In this document: positions 1 through 8,351 of the stretch, one piece after another
Layout: each line of letters opens with the position of its first letter
Numbering within the stretch: position 1 is the stretch's first letter
Source of the DNA: a virus
Lineage: Duplodnaviria; Heunggongvirae; Uroviricota; Caudoviricetes
Length of the DNA stretch: 64,000 nt
IMG/VR virus record: IMGVR_UViG_3300044630_002233
Span: 7,787-71,786 of that record
Reading direction: 5' to 3' (one strand)
The notes under the pieces: generated by a model
Seen by the model: only the letters and a program-made list of their open reading frames with translations
Database searches by the model: none
What the model was told of the DNA's origin: nothing
Program-made: the position numbers and the translations under genes

Positions 1-304
1 CTAATTCTGCTGTTGGGTCTGCGTAACGCTGACTAAATTCCTGAAACGAAAAAGAACGGTGTCTTAAAATTTGGCGAGCAATATCTCTAGTAGTTGTAAT
101 CTCTAGACACATGCTTACCATTTCTAGTGGTGACCAGTGTTTGTGTTTAACAAGATAACGAATTAACTTTTCACTTGTTTCCATATTCATTTGATTGCTA
201 GGATTACTCACTCTAGCGCAAAAAGCAACCAACTCAGTTACACTTGAAACTTTCTCATCAAAATATTGTGATGGCTGAGAGTGGCTTACTAATTCGATTT
301 TCAT
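1..304 (-). CDS. thyX: FAD-dependent thymidylate synthase ThyX (N-terminal part; gene runs off the window start)
   Basis: Hand translation of the minus strand from the ATG at 304..302 gives MKIELVSH...HWSPLEM...RHRSFSFQEFSQRY, which carries the ThyX signature RHR-x7-S and an HxSPxEH-like motif. The ATG overlaps the stop of the upstream oxygenase gene (ATGA). This ORF is absent from the ORF track because it is truncated by the window edge. Confidence 0.75.
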   Translation of the reverse strand, partial: MKIELVSHSQPSQYFDEKVSSVTELVAFCARVSNPSNQMNMETSEKLIRYLVKHKHWSPLEMVSMCLEITTTRDIARQILRHRSFSFQEFSQRYADPTAEL

Positions 305-879
305 TTAACTGCTCCATATTGTATAACAAAACTAAAACGATATGATGGCGCCATGCTAGAAGGTGGTGCTATGCAGTGTGGTATTTCGCCATCAAATAAG
401 ATAACTCTTCCTGGAACATAGAAGCAACAATATTCAAGTTCCTTCCCTGTCTTATCCGTAAAGAGAGTGTGTCCACCCCATTCATTATCCCATTTTAAAT
501 TTGGGTAGTAGAGAAGGGTTTTTGTTCTAAGATCCCCATATGTGTCTGTGTGAAATCTATTTCTATCATTCAGAGTACTAAGGTTAATCCTGCTCTGTTT
601 AATATCCATACCCTCAACATAGGGGGTTATATACTTAGTGTTTTCTTGTTTTAAGAAACCCATTTGGTCAACCTGTTCATTACTTAAAGCGCAATAAAGA
701 TTGAAGTCGCCTTTGGTTTCTAGTGTTGATGTGTCTGAACCTGATGTAGAAAAGTTAGCATTTTTTACATAGTAATAAAACTTTTCTCTTGTCGCTAAAT
801 CAAATAGATCGTCAAAAATATCTATTTGACCAGCTGAGGTCTTAACTGTCTTGTGATTCATTATTAAGAGGGTTCTCAA
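301..879 (-). CDS. 2OG-Fe(II) oxygenase (prolyl-4-hydroxylase-like, cyanophage type)
   Basis: HTD...H pattern (HTDTYGD ... GEIPHCIAP) typical of the small 2OG-Fe(II) oxygenases common in marine T4-like phages. Confidence 0.6.
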   Translation of the reverse strand: MRTLLIMNHKTVKTSAGQIDIFDDLFDLATREKFYYYVKNANFSTSGSDTSTLETKGDFNLYCALSNEQVDQMGFLKQENTKYITPYVEGMDIKQSRINLSTLNDRNRFHTDTYGDLRTKTLLYYPNLKWDNEWGGHTLFTDKTGKELEYCCFYVPGRVILFDGEIPHCIAPPSSMAPSYRFSFVIQYGAVK

Positions 880-1150
880 ATTTTAGATTAGAAAATAGTA
901 TTTGGGTTGCTTCTTTACCAATCTCACAGATAAACAAATCTCTTGCAGTATGCATCATTGCAGTAGCCATCAACAAAATATCTGCACGTGTTTCACACTG
1001 CTCGATTTGTTGATTGATCGGTTTCATTAAATCTAAGAGTCGTGTCTCTCTTCGTGTTTCATCTGTTTCTACGGTGAATTCTTGTGGTACTTTTGGTACA
1101 TCTCTAAATTCAACGTCAACAATATTGTTGTCACTCATATTTTTCTCCAT
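842..1150 (-). CDS. hypothetical protein (102 aa)
   Basis: Minus-strand ORF packed between neighbouring genes with short overlaps. Confidence 0.4.
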   Translation of the reverse strand: MEKNMSDNNIVDVEFRDVPKVPQEFTVETDETRRETRLLDLMKPINQQIEQCETRADILLMATAMMHTARDLFICEIGKEATQILFSNLKFENPLNNESQDS

Positions 1151-2157
1151 GTCGTAAAATGTAATTTGGCTGCTGCTCCTGAGTAGGAGTTTTTATTTAT
1201 TAGATCAACGATAGAATTTTGATCCATCCCAGCCAAAATCATTTCATTAATATCTTTTTGTTTCATTGTATCTGGCAACATACAGACATTATACCCTTCG
1301 TCAATATATTTTTCAAGTTGCCTTACAATATCTTTGTTGCGTGGTTCATTGTCAATAACAATGGTGCAATTAGACTTAACCTTTTGGATTGTCAAAAGAT
1401 CGAAAGAAGCACCACTAACAGCAAGACAATTGGGAAGGAAAAGAGAATCAATTTGCCCTTCAACAACAAATATTTTCTCGGCATAGTTGACCCTGTCCAG
1501 ACCATAAATTTTCTCCTTGTCTTCATCAAGTTTAATTGTATAATACTTTGGTTCTTCCGCACCAAAAGCTCTAGCAGAATAAGCAAAGCATTTGCCTTCT
1601 GGTGTAAAGTATGGAAAGATTAAACGAGGATGGTCTTCATCTTCGTTTTTAAATTTTTCCAAGTTTTTATTTGACCACTTTTTAAATTTGGGCGCAAAAT
1701 ATATTAGATTCCATTTATCCTTGGGAATCTTTCTTGCTTCTACGTACTTAACCACTGGGTGGTCTTCTGGGAGTTTATCGATTCGTTGTGTTCCGTCAAG
1801 AACTGAATCAACACTTTCGATTACAGGCGCTTTTGTATCAGATACAAACCTGTCAATCTCTTTGTGATCATTATAACGAGTTGCTCCAGCTTTATATCTT
1901 TCCAGAACATACTCATCATACATAACATGGTCTACAAACTTTATAAAGTTTCCAATGTTAGTGCTATAACCACAATTGTGACACTTTACAAACAAGTCGG
2001 TCTTCATCTTATAGATGTACCCACGTGCTTTTAATTTGTTTTTCTTGGAGTCGCCACAGACAGGGCAACTAAAGTTCCAACTGTATTCATCTTTCTTCTT
2101 GAAGTTCCTAAGTCTTGGACCAAGAAGATTTGCATACTTTGCATCAATATATAACAT
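1135..2157 (-). CDS. 61: DNA primase (T4 gp61-like)
   Basis: N-terminal zinc ribbon CPVCGDS...CHNCG and C-terminal TOPRIM motif VVEGQIDSLFL. The likely true start is the ATG at 2157 (MLYIDAKY...), which is preceded by GGAG; the track ORF begins earlier at a TTG. Roughly 340 aa, matching T4 gp61. Confidence 0.8.
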   Translation of the reverse strand: MLYIDAKYANLLGPRLRNFKKKDEYSWNFSCPVCGDSKKNKLKARGYIYKMKTDLFVKCHNCGYSTNIGNFIKFVDHVMYDEYVLERYKAGATRYNDHKEIDRFVSDTKAPVIESVDSVLDGTQRIDKLPEDHPVVKYVEARKIPKDKWNLIYFAPKFKKWSNKNLEKFKNEDEDHPRLIFPYFTPEGKCFAYSARAFGAEEPKYYTIKLDEDKEKIYGLDRVNYAEKIFVVEGQIDSLFLPNCLAVSGASFDLLTIQKVKSNCTIVIDNEPRNKDIVRQLEKYIDEGYNVCMLPDTMKQKDINEMILAGMDQNSIVDLINKNSYSGAAAKLHFTTWRKI

Positions 2158-2182
2158 AATAACTCCACAAGCACATAATATA

Positions 2183-2211
2183 ATTATACTATAAAACAAC
2201 TTAAAAAGCAA
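2183..2211 (-). promoter_or_regulatory. Candidate sigma70-like promoter for the primase gene (-10 TATAAT, -35 TTGCTT, 17-nt spacer)
   Basis: Minus strand reads TTGCTT-N17-TATAAT about 25 nt upstream of the primase RBS. Confidence 0.3.
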
Positions 2212-2227
2212 GCATGATGCAATACTT

Positions 2228-2272
2228 GCTTCCAAACTTGACAACAGGCATAATTACGGTGTCAAGGATGAT
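2228..2272. repeat. 45-nt palindromic repeat element, copy 1 (CTTGACA-N16-TGTCAAG core)
   Basis: TGCTTCCAAACTTGACAACAGGCATAATTACGGTGTCAAGG is almost identical to the copy at 41999..42045. It is a 7-bp inverted repeat with a 16-nt spacer, sitting in the intergenic leader of the primase gene. Confidence 0.7.
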
Positions 2273-2275
2273 ATG

Positions 2276-2611
2276 TTAGCCAATGAGTTTGTCGATTATT
2301 CCGCTATGAGAAATTATCCAACCAACGACGACAGCGCCACCAACTACTAACCATCTCCACTGTTCTAACACAGTGATCCTACCATTAATTCTTTTGTCCA
2401 TTACATTCATTCTATCAACAATCGCATTGTGTTGAGAATCTGAATCCTTAGACATCTGCCCAAGTTTTTCCATAACCTTCTCGTTGCCTTCAGTAATCCT
2501 ACCGTGCACGACTTTCAGTTCGTCTTTAATTTCCATGACGTCATCCTTGATACCTTCTACCTCAGTTTCAAGTTTGGCGACCTTTATATCTAATTGCGCA
2601 GACATATCCAT
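2276..2611 (-). CDS. hypothetical tail-anchored membrane protein (coiled coil plus C-terminal TM)
   Basis: C-terminal hydrophobic helix WRWLVVGGAVVVGWIISHSGII; the N-terminal part is charged and heptad-like. Confidence 0.45.
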   Translation of the reverse strand: MDMSAQLDIKVAKLETEVEGIKDDVMEIKDELKVVHGRITEGNEKVMEKLGQMSKDSDSQHNAIVDRMNVMDKRINGRITVLEQWRWLVVGGAVVVGWIISHSGIIDKLIG

Positions 2612-2618
2612 ACATTCC

Positions 2619-3209
2619 TTATGGCTTGTTATACAGTTTTTCTTGTTCTTTGACCCAGTCTTGTAAAGATCTTAACTGTTCTCTTACTTCGTTGCAGGTT
2701 GTGTAGTTTCCTGCGACTGTTTTTCCAACGGTAGAGAGTTCAACTCCGCTGGACTTTTCATTAAACTCTCTGGGGGTGTTGGGAATTTCATTCTTAACGG
2801 CACTGTTGTGGAGCACGACGAAACCATTAGGCACATCACACTTAGCATCAGCGTCTTTGGTAATATACTCTGGAACTTTTTCAACAATAACATCACCCTT
2901 CTCCTTGATAACTTTTGTTCGTTCAATATAAACTTTTTCTACCTTAGTAGTTATTTCACCTGATGCTTTTTCTAGTCTAGCAATTTCTTGTTTTTGTTTT
3001 TCTACTGCTTCTAAAAATTCACGTTGAGTCCAGATACCACCAGAAATAAAAATACCACCAGCAGTTAATATCACGCCAATAAGTTTAGGGATAAAACTTG
3101 GCACCAAAGGATGCTTAACAAATGCATACACTCCTATACCAAGAACGATTAGTCCTAAAGCTACTGCTTGAAAAATCCATGTTGGTAAAAAATTTAATAA
3201 CCAAATCAT
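2619..3209 (-). CDS. hypothetical membrane protein (two N-terminal TM helices plus coiled coil)
   Basis: N-terminal hydrophobic segments followed by a charged coiled-coil region. Could be spanin- or holin-like, but this is not provable from sequence. Confidence 0.45.
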   Translation of the reverse strand: MIWLLNFLPTWIFQAVALGLIVLGIGVYAFVKHPLVPSFIPKLIGVILTAGGIFISGGIWTQREFLEAVEKQKQEIARLEKASGEITTKVEKVYIERTKVIKEKGDVIVEKVPEYITKDADAKCDVPNGFVVLHNSAVKNEIPNTPREFNEKSSGVELSTVGKTVAGNYTTCNEVREQLRSLQDWVKEQEKLYNKP

Positions 3210-3715
3210 TGTAATATTTTTCCTCTTTTAGCAATATCAATACCATCTTTTTTAGGTTTCTTTGGTTTTATTACAGGCTCATTAGTTGATACTGCAGCAC
3301 CTGTAACATTAGCAACCTCTTCAAAGAATTTCGTAACTAGAAGTTCTTCTTCAACAAGTGTAATATTATTCTTGTTAATTGTTTCTAACAATGAAGTATA
3401 CTTCTCTTCTAAAAATGCTGTAGAAGTTCTTTTCTCATAACATTCTTTCACTAAGAAGAATGCAGCGATAACACTCTTAAGTCTGTTCTCTCCACCTGGA
3501 AGTTTATTGATTAACCTCTTAACATTAAACACCAAACGTGTTAAGTAATTATACGCATCACGCTCTTGCATTGTCGAGAGTGTGTTTGCTTTCTTAAGGA
3601 CTTTACCTTTTTCATCAATGATTCCTAACTTAAATGCATCCGTTTCTTCAAACGGTTTTACTAGCATCGAAAGGATCCTAAATGCTAACAGATTGTCTAC
3701 TAATCTTGAAGCCAC
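3206..3715 (-). CDS. hypothetical protein (169 aa)
   Basis: ORF with a 4-nt overlap to its neighbour and consistent strand. Confidence 0.45.
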   Translation of the reverse strand: MASRLVDNLLAFRILSMLVKPFEETDAFKLGIIDEKGKVLKKANTLSTMQERDAYNYLTRLVFNVKRLINKLPGGENRLKSVIAAFFLVKECYEKRTSTAFLEEKYTSLLETINKNNITLVEEELLVTKFFEEVANVTGAAVSTNEPVIKPKKPKKDGIDIAKRGKILQ

Positions 3716-4101
3716 TATATGTTCCTTAATACTTTAATTACATTTTCATCCAACTCTATACCCGATAAGGTTAAATTAAAATTTGGTAATTCATCTGGCA
3801 TTCTATCCAGATAAACCAAAAATGTAACAAGAGTCGACCAATACTTCTCTTCTATCTTATAGAACAGCATTTGTGTTGCTGCTTCACCAAATATGTTATA
3901 CAAAACAATAATATGGTTAAGAATCAACCTCTCACGCAATTCGCCATTCTGTTGATACCGAGTAAAGAGTTTCTTAATATACAGAAATCTCTTTAGGTCT
4001 TCTTCGAACTCTGCAATACTATGACATTGTGGATTGTCATAGTGGTGCATTGCGTATAATAAAAAATTATTTTCTGTCAGTTTTTCCAGCAGCATCTTCA
4101 T
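3715..4101 (-). CDS. hypothetical protein (128 aa)
   Basis: ORF abutting neighbours on the same strand. Confidence 0.45.
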   Translation of the reverse strand: MKMLLEKLTENNFLLYAMHHYDNPQCHSIAEFEEDLKRFLYIKKLFTRYQQNGELRERLILNHIIVLYNIFGEAATQMLFYKIEEKYWSTLVTFLVYLDRMPDELPNFNLTLSGIELDENVIKVLRNI

Positions 4102-4258
4102 TCTCTAGCAATTTCTCACAGGCTTGGATCGCACCATTAAGCATGTTAATTTCTGCTTCCGTTTTAACAATAGTCTGTTTTAGTTGCTGTAAAAAATTTG
4201 CTTTTTCACTAACCGACTTTCTATATACTTCTAAATCACTAATCAACATATCTTTCAT
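4067..4258 (-). CDS. hypothetical small coiled-coil protein (63 aa)
   Basis: Short charged ORF in a tight operon arrangement. Confidence 0.3.
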   Translation of the reverse strand: MKDMLISDLEVYRKSVSEKANFLQQLKQTIVKTEAEINMLNGAIQACEKLLENEDAAGKTDRK

Positions 4259-4271
4259 TTTATACCCTCAA

Positions 4272-4868
4272 TTATAATGTAACAGTAAACCCTACATTCG
4301 AAATAACATGCCACTTAGAATTCAACCATTGCAACTGAAGGCTTGCTCCAGAAGATGATGTTGTAATTGATGTAGCACGAACATTTGATCCAGACAATGC
4401 AACTGCACCAGCAGCAGCCATTACTGCAACTGTTTTAATCTGCCCAGTAACACCGTTAGCGATTGTTAATGTAATCGCACCAGATGCATCAACTTCTGTT
4501 ACTGCAGTTGTTGCATTGATTGTTCCTGTACCCAACCCACTTAATGCTTGTGGAGTTTGTGACAAACGTAAGAAACCGTTGCTAACAGCAAGGTTACCAG
4601 TTACGTCTACTTTTTCTGTTGGAGTTTCTGTACCGAAGCCAACTCTATCGGTAGATGCGTCTACAAATACAAGTTGGTCATCGTTAAGACCTTTGATTCT
4701 TTGGTCTTGGTCACCACCGTCAGAGTTTAATACGGTAGGTGTTTTAATGTTAGCAAGGAAGTTAGCAACAGTAAGTTTCTTGTTACTACCACCCTGAACA
4801 ATATTCAATAAATCTGCACCAGCAGCTGAGGTCGCTACTGGTAATTCAGATATCTTTTGATCTGCCAT
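4272..4868 (-). CDS. virion structural protein, fiber/Ig-like (198 aa)
   Basis: Gly/Thr/Ala-rich beta-type composition. A late promoter motif and a 5' leader hairpin lie upstream. Confidence 0.45.
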   Translation of the reverse strand: MADQKISELPVATSAAGADLLNIVQGGSNKKLTVANFLANIKTPTVLNSDGGDQDQRIKGLNDDQLVFVDASTDRVGFGTETPTEKVDVTGNLAVSNGFLRLSQTPQALSGLGTGTINATTAVTEVDASGAITLTIANGVTGQIKTVAVMAAAGAVALSGSNVRATSITTSSSGASLQLQWLNSKWHVISNVGFTVTL

Positions 4869-4894
4869 TTGGCTCTCCTATTAAAATATAGAGT

Positions 4895-4918
4895 AGTGGA
4901 GTTTTTTACAACTCCACT
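4895..4918 (-). promoter_or_regulatory. Leader hairpin (AGTGGAGTT-loop-AACTCCACT) between the late promoter and the RBS
   Basis: Perfect 9-bp inverted repeat read directly from the sequence. Confidence 0.5.
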
Positions 4919-4934
4919 TCGTTCTAGGTATTTT

Positions 4935-4942
4935 TATTTATA
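4935..4942 (-). promoter_or_regulatory. T4-type late promoter motif TATAAATA
   Basis: Minus strand reads TATAAATA immediately after the upstream stop codon and about 65 nt before the ATG at 4868. Confidence 0.45.
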
Positions 4943-5509
4943 TTAACTAACGAAAGTCAATGTAGCTACGTCAGATACAACTTCTGCTGCGCCACCTGCT
5001 GATGTAACTTTAACACGATATTGATCGCCAGTATTGCCAACCAATTGTCCTGTCAATGCTAGTGAAGCAGATGTTGCGCCAGACACGTTTGTCCAACGAG
5101 TTGAGCCAACAGCTTTCTTCTGCCATTGATATGCTAGTGTACCACCACCAGAAGATACTGTTGCTGAAACGGAGAATGTTGCTCCACCAGATGAAGTATT
5201 TTGGTCAGCAGGTTGAGTACCGATAGTGATAGTGTATGTAGCGTCAGCTGCTTTAGTGTCATCAGCACGGTCGCCAGCGTTTGCTGCTGTTTCTGCCATT
5301 GCTACTAAGCATTCAGCTTTGTGACGTGTGTCACCAGCTGCGTCTACGAATGTGCTATACAACCACCAGCCTGCGCCAGTGATACCACGCTTCTTGTTTG
5401 TTTCTTGTTGTGCTTCAGTGATGTCTACAAAAATTGCCTTAGCAAGATCTGCAGTACCCAAGTACTTTGGACGATCAGCATCTGCGTCTGTTTTACCCCA
5501 TAGTGCCAT
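4943..5509 (-). CDS. Ig-like domain protein, probable capsid or tail decoration (188 aa)
   Basis: C-terminal TSSGGATFSVSATVSSGGGTLAYQWQKK...YRVKVTSAGG resembles a Big/Ig-like beta-sandwich. Confidence 0.45.
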   Translation of the reverse strand: MALWGKTDADADRPKYLGTADLAKAIFVDITEAQQETNKKRGITGAGWWLYSTFVDAAGDTRHKAECLVAMAETAANAGDRADDTKAADATYTITIGTQPADQNTSSGGATFSVSATVSSGGGTLAYQWQKKAVGSTRWTNVSGATSASLALTGQLVGNTGDQYRVKVTSAGGAAEVVSDVATLTFVS

Positions 5510-5524
5510 TTTAGTGCTCCTTGT

Positions 5525-7903
5525 TTATTTGTTTGAGTTTGGTAGGTGTAATGGATAACCAGTATAATCTACGCCAGTGCGTTTCTTACCAGTAGCTGCA
5601 CCTTTTTGTCTTGCCCCAGAAGTCGAACCTGCTGGACGTCCACGACCACGCTTCTCACCAGTTGGTGCTGGTTTCTTTTTTGGTTTATCTTCATCGTCAT
5701 CATCGTCGTCGCCTTGATATGATGAACCGTAAGATCCTTTATGAACATAACGACCGTTTTTATCAGTCTCATATTCGTCTAGTTGTTCGACTGACTCATC
5801 AATTTCATCAATCTCTTCTTCTATTACTGGAAGATTTTGAATGATATCTTCTTTAAATTGTTTATACTTTTTCAAGTCTCTCTCCTCTTTTTGTGCTTTG
5901 TCAGCTTGTAGTTTAGCAGCGATTGCCATCTGACGACGCTTCTCTGCGCTCTTACCTGCAAACTGAGGAGCATCTGATTGTTTGAAATCTTTGATTACAA
6001 CACCCATATCTGCCTTGGCCATATCCATCTTTTCGTCTAACTCAACTTCTTCATTAGTTGGTTTAGGTAAGTGTGGTGTTACTTTGAATTTATGTAGTTT
6101 GCCATCGCCAAGTTCTTTGTGCGCTTGGATATGAACAGACTTACCATCATTCTTAACTACTTTACCTTGCATCTTATCGCCAGTCTTACTTGCGTAGAAG
6201 TCAACGTGTTGTCCACTAACTTTATGGATATCCATCTTAGCGTGGTCAGGATGCATAACACCTTGTGACGCATACTCACGACCATTGATGCGCATTTCGT
6301 TCATTTCATATTCTTCTTTTGAGAAAGTAGAACGAGAAGTGTTGTAGTCGTGAACCGCACTGGTACGCTTTTTGTTTATTGCCTTACCGAAATCGTCAGC
6401 CTCAGCAGAAGTTTTGAATGGCTTCTTATGAACTACAACATTACCGTATGCGTTCATTGCTTTTGAATGATATGTTCCTGTAGTATTATGTTTTACTACA
6501 CCAGCATGATGCCATGTTTGGCTGGCTTCATCAATAGCAACATCTTCTTTGGTTAAACGATCAACTGCTTTATTAACACCAGCCTTACGTTTCCATGAAT
6601 TTGCTTTGTATTTGTTCGCAAGTGTTGTTGATGCTTCTTTCGAACTAGGTTTTCTAGCCTTGTCTGCCATGTTCTCAAAATCAGCACCGATTTTACGTTG
6701 AATAGTAGCATCATGCGCAGCTTTTTTGATGTAAGAACCCAAAGTTGATTTTGACAATTCATCAATCTGATCAACTTCTTCTTTCATCTTTCCAGTAGGC
6801 ATACCATTGATTGGTTTCTTAGTGGCTTTATATGCTTTATGTTCTGGTGTTCCCTTAATATATTTTCTATCAAGAGTTGGAGCAACTGGAGCAGTTTCTT
6901 TCATAGAAGCAGTTTTACGTTGCGCCTTGTCGCTCATGTTAGTGACTTTGCCACGTGGATCTTTGTTCTGCGCCTTCTTCCAATCACCCTCATAACTCCA
7001 GCTTTTTACTTTACCTGATTTATCTTTTACAACAGTAGAAGTTTCTTCGTTATGAAGACCGACGTAGTTGTGGTCATGAACCTTATAACCACTCTTCTTG
7101 TAATATGCAAGAGCAGTGTTGATAGCAGTATCTTTATCTGGAGCAGTTACTTTTGCTCTGCGCATCTTTTTCTCATTACGCTGAGAAACCATAGTGTGAT
7201 TTGGATTTGAAATAGTAACAGAAACAACGTGCTTACCTTCACACATTGATTTCTTTTTCGCTTCTTTCATTTCCTTCTCGTCTTCATCTTCTTCGCCTTC
7301 ATCTTCATCTTCACATTCACACTCTGCTTCTGGCATACCGCAGTCTTCGCATTTTTCATCTTCATCTTCAGTTTCGTCTTCGTCTTCGTCTTCTTCGCCT
7401 TCGTCTTTATCTTCTTTTACTGGAACACAATTTGGAACTTTCTTACCGTTCTTCATTTTCATTCCAACGGCAGTATAACCTTTCCAGCATGCATCCTTTA
7501 GACCTTCTTCTTCTAAGTCAACTTCTTCTGACATAGTAGAATGTTTTACTTGTGTCTTTGGACCATCGTTGGCTGAATGAAAATGAACGTCCTCGCCTTT
7601 GCGACGAGCAGTCCAGTGACGTCCAGTTTCATCTTTGAATTTATGTTCTTGTTCGTCTTTTAATTTTGCGATTGCTTGATGATGTTCTGGGTGCAAAGGA
7701 ATAGAGAAGTCTTTACCGTGATGTACAGTCTTCATTGTACCCCAAGAATATTTCTTAGTAGTAACTGTAGCTTCAGTAATGTCTTCTTTCATAGCATTTT
7801 TGCTCTTGCGTAGCAAGTGAAAGTCATGTGCATCAACTTTGCCGTTTTTGTTTTTATCAATCTTATGTTGATTGCCCTTTAAGGCTTCTTTAAAAGATAA
7901 CAT
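5525..7903 (-). CDS. giant charged protein with a poly-acidic block, Cys cluster, EF-hand-like loop and C-terminal AT-hooks (792 aa)
   Basis: DKNKNGKVDAHD EF-hand-like loop. Long D/E runs flank CEDCGMPEAECECEDE. The protein is Lys-rich throughout, has a DDDDDDED block, and ends in an AT-hook KRGRGRPAGS...GKKRTG. The N-terminus MLSFKEALKG is like the T4 internal-protein targeting motif. Confidence 0.5.
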   Translation of the reverse strand: MLSFKEALKGNQHKIDKNKNGKVDAHDFHLLRKSKNAMKEDITEATVTTKKYSWGTMKTVHHGKDFSIPLHPEHHQAIAKLKDEQEHKFKDETGRHWTARRKGEDVHFHSANDGPKTQVKHSTMSEEVDLEEEGLKDACWKGYTAVGMKMKNGKKVPNCVPVKEDKDEGEEDEDEDETEDEDEKCEDCGMPEAECECEDEDEGEEDEDEKEMKEAKKKSMCEGKHVVSVTISNPNHTMVSQRNEKKMRRAKVTAPDKDTAINTALAYYKKSGYKVHDHNYVGLHNEETSTVVKDKSGKVKSWSYEGDWKKAQNKDPRGKVTNMSDKAQRKTASMKETAPVAPTLDRKYIKGTPEHKAYKATKKPINGMPTGKMKEEVDQIDELSKSTLGSYIKKAAHDATIQRKIGADFENMADKARKPSSKEASTTLANKYKANSWKRKAGVNKAVDRLTKEDVAIDEASQTWHHAGVVKHNTTGTYHSKAMNAYGNVVVHKKPFKTSAEADDFGKAINKKRTSAVHDYNTSRSTFSKEEYEMNEMRINGREYASQGVMHPDHAKMDIHKVSGQHVDFYASKTGDKMQGKVVKNDGKSVHIQAHKELGDGKLHKFKVTPHLPKPTNEEVELDEKMDMAKADMGVVIKDFKQSDAPQFAGKSAEKRRQMAIAAKLQADKAQKEERDLKKYKQFKEDIIQNLPVIEEEIDEIDESVEQLDEYETDKNGRYVHKGSYGSSYQGDDDDDDEDKPKKKPAPTGEKRGRGRPAGSTSGARQKGAATGKKRTGVDYTGYPLHLPNSNK

Positions 7904-8350
7904 TTATTGTTCTCCGCTAGATTTTAATGTTGATGTCAACATCCAGTTATGTTTTTTATGAGCATCGATTCTACCTGCTAGATAATCCAGCAACCCTTGT
8001 TCATTTGCTGCTTCAGCTAATCTGAATGCTTGCATTAGTGAAGATAAAACTGATTGGTTTACTTGAACCAAATCAGCAATCATACCTTGAGCACCAGTAG
8101 CTGATGTATCCATCACCGTTCTATATTTATCAAACTCAATAAGTGTATGTGGAGCAACAGCACCCAATGCACGAATCTCTTCAGCTGTTACATCAATGCT
8201 ACCATAAACCTCTTCGTATATTTTTCCAAAGAAGTCATGTAACATTGGAAACAAAATTCCTTCTACATTCCAGTGGTAGCCTTGCGCCTTTAGATACATC
8301 ATAAAAGAATCTGCCAACACCACTTTCATTTGTTCTTGTAGTTCATTCAT
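7904..8350 (-). CDS. dps: Dps/ferritin-like DNA-protection protein
   Basis: YHWNVEG ... LHDFFGKIYEE matches the Dps ferroxidase-centre signature (HWNxxG ... H/D-E); the size, 148 aa, is typical. Confidence 0.65.
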   Translation of the reverse strand: MNELQEQMKVVLADSFMMYLKAQGYHWNVEGILFPMLHDFFGKIYEEVYGSIDVTAEEIRALGAVAPHTLIEFDKYRTVMDTSATGAQGMIADLVQVNQSVLSSLMQAFRLAEAANEQGLLDYLAGRIDAHKKHNWMLTSTLKSSGEQ

Positions 8351-8351
8351 T

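Noticed and set aside
1219-1867. Plus-strand ORFs (134 aa and 91 aa) inside the primase gene, and the many other plus-strand ORFs of 60-230 aa throughout the track.
   Set aside because: Every one overlaps a longer minus-strand ORF that has recognisable homology or a consistent operon context. None has an RBS or promoter. In low-complexity stretches their leucine/serine runs look like antisense translation artefacts of an AT-rich genome. Affected ranges include 8733..9323, 31914..32519, 33965..34552, 36006..37382 and 58875..59576.
2183-2215. A T4 MotA-box middle promoter (TGCTTtA at -30) in front of the primase gene, since TTGCTT replaces the -35.
   Set aside because: Spacing to the -10 does not fit the MotA-box geometry. 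No motA/asiA homologs are seen, and cyanophage-type T4-likes generally lack the middle mode. Kept only as a low-confidence sigma70-like promoter.
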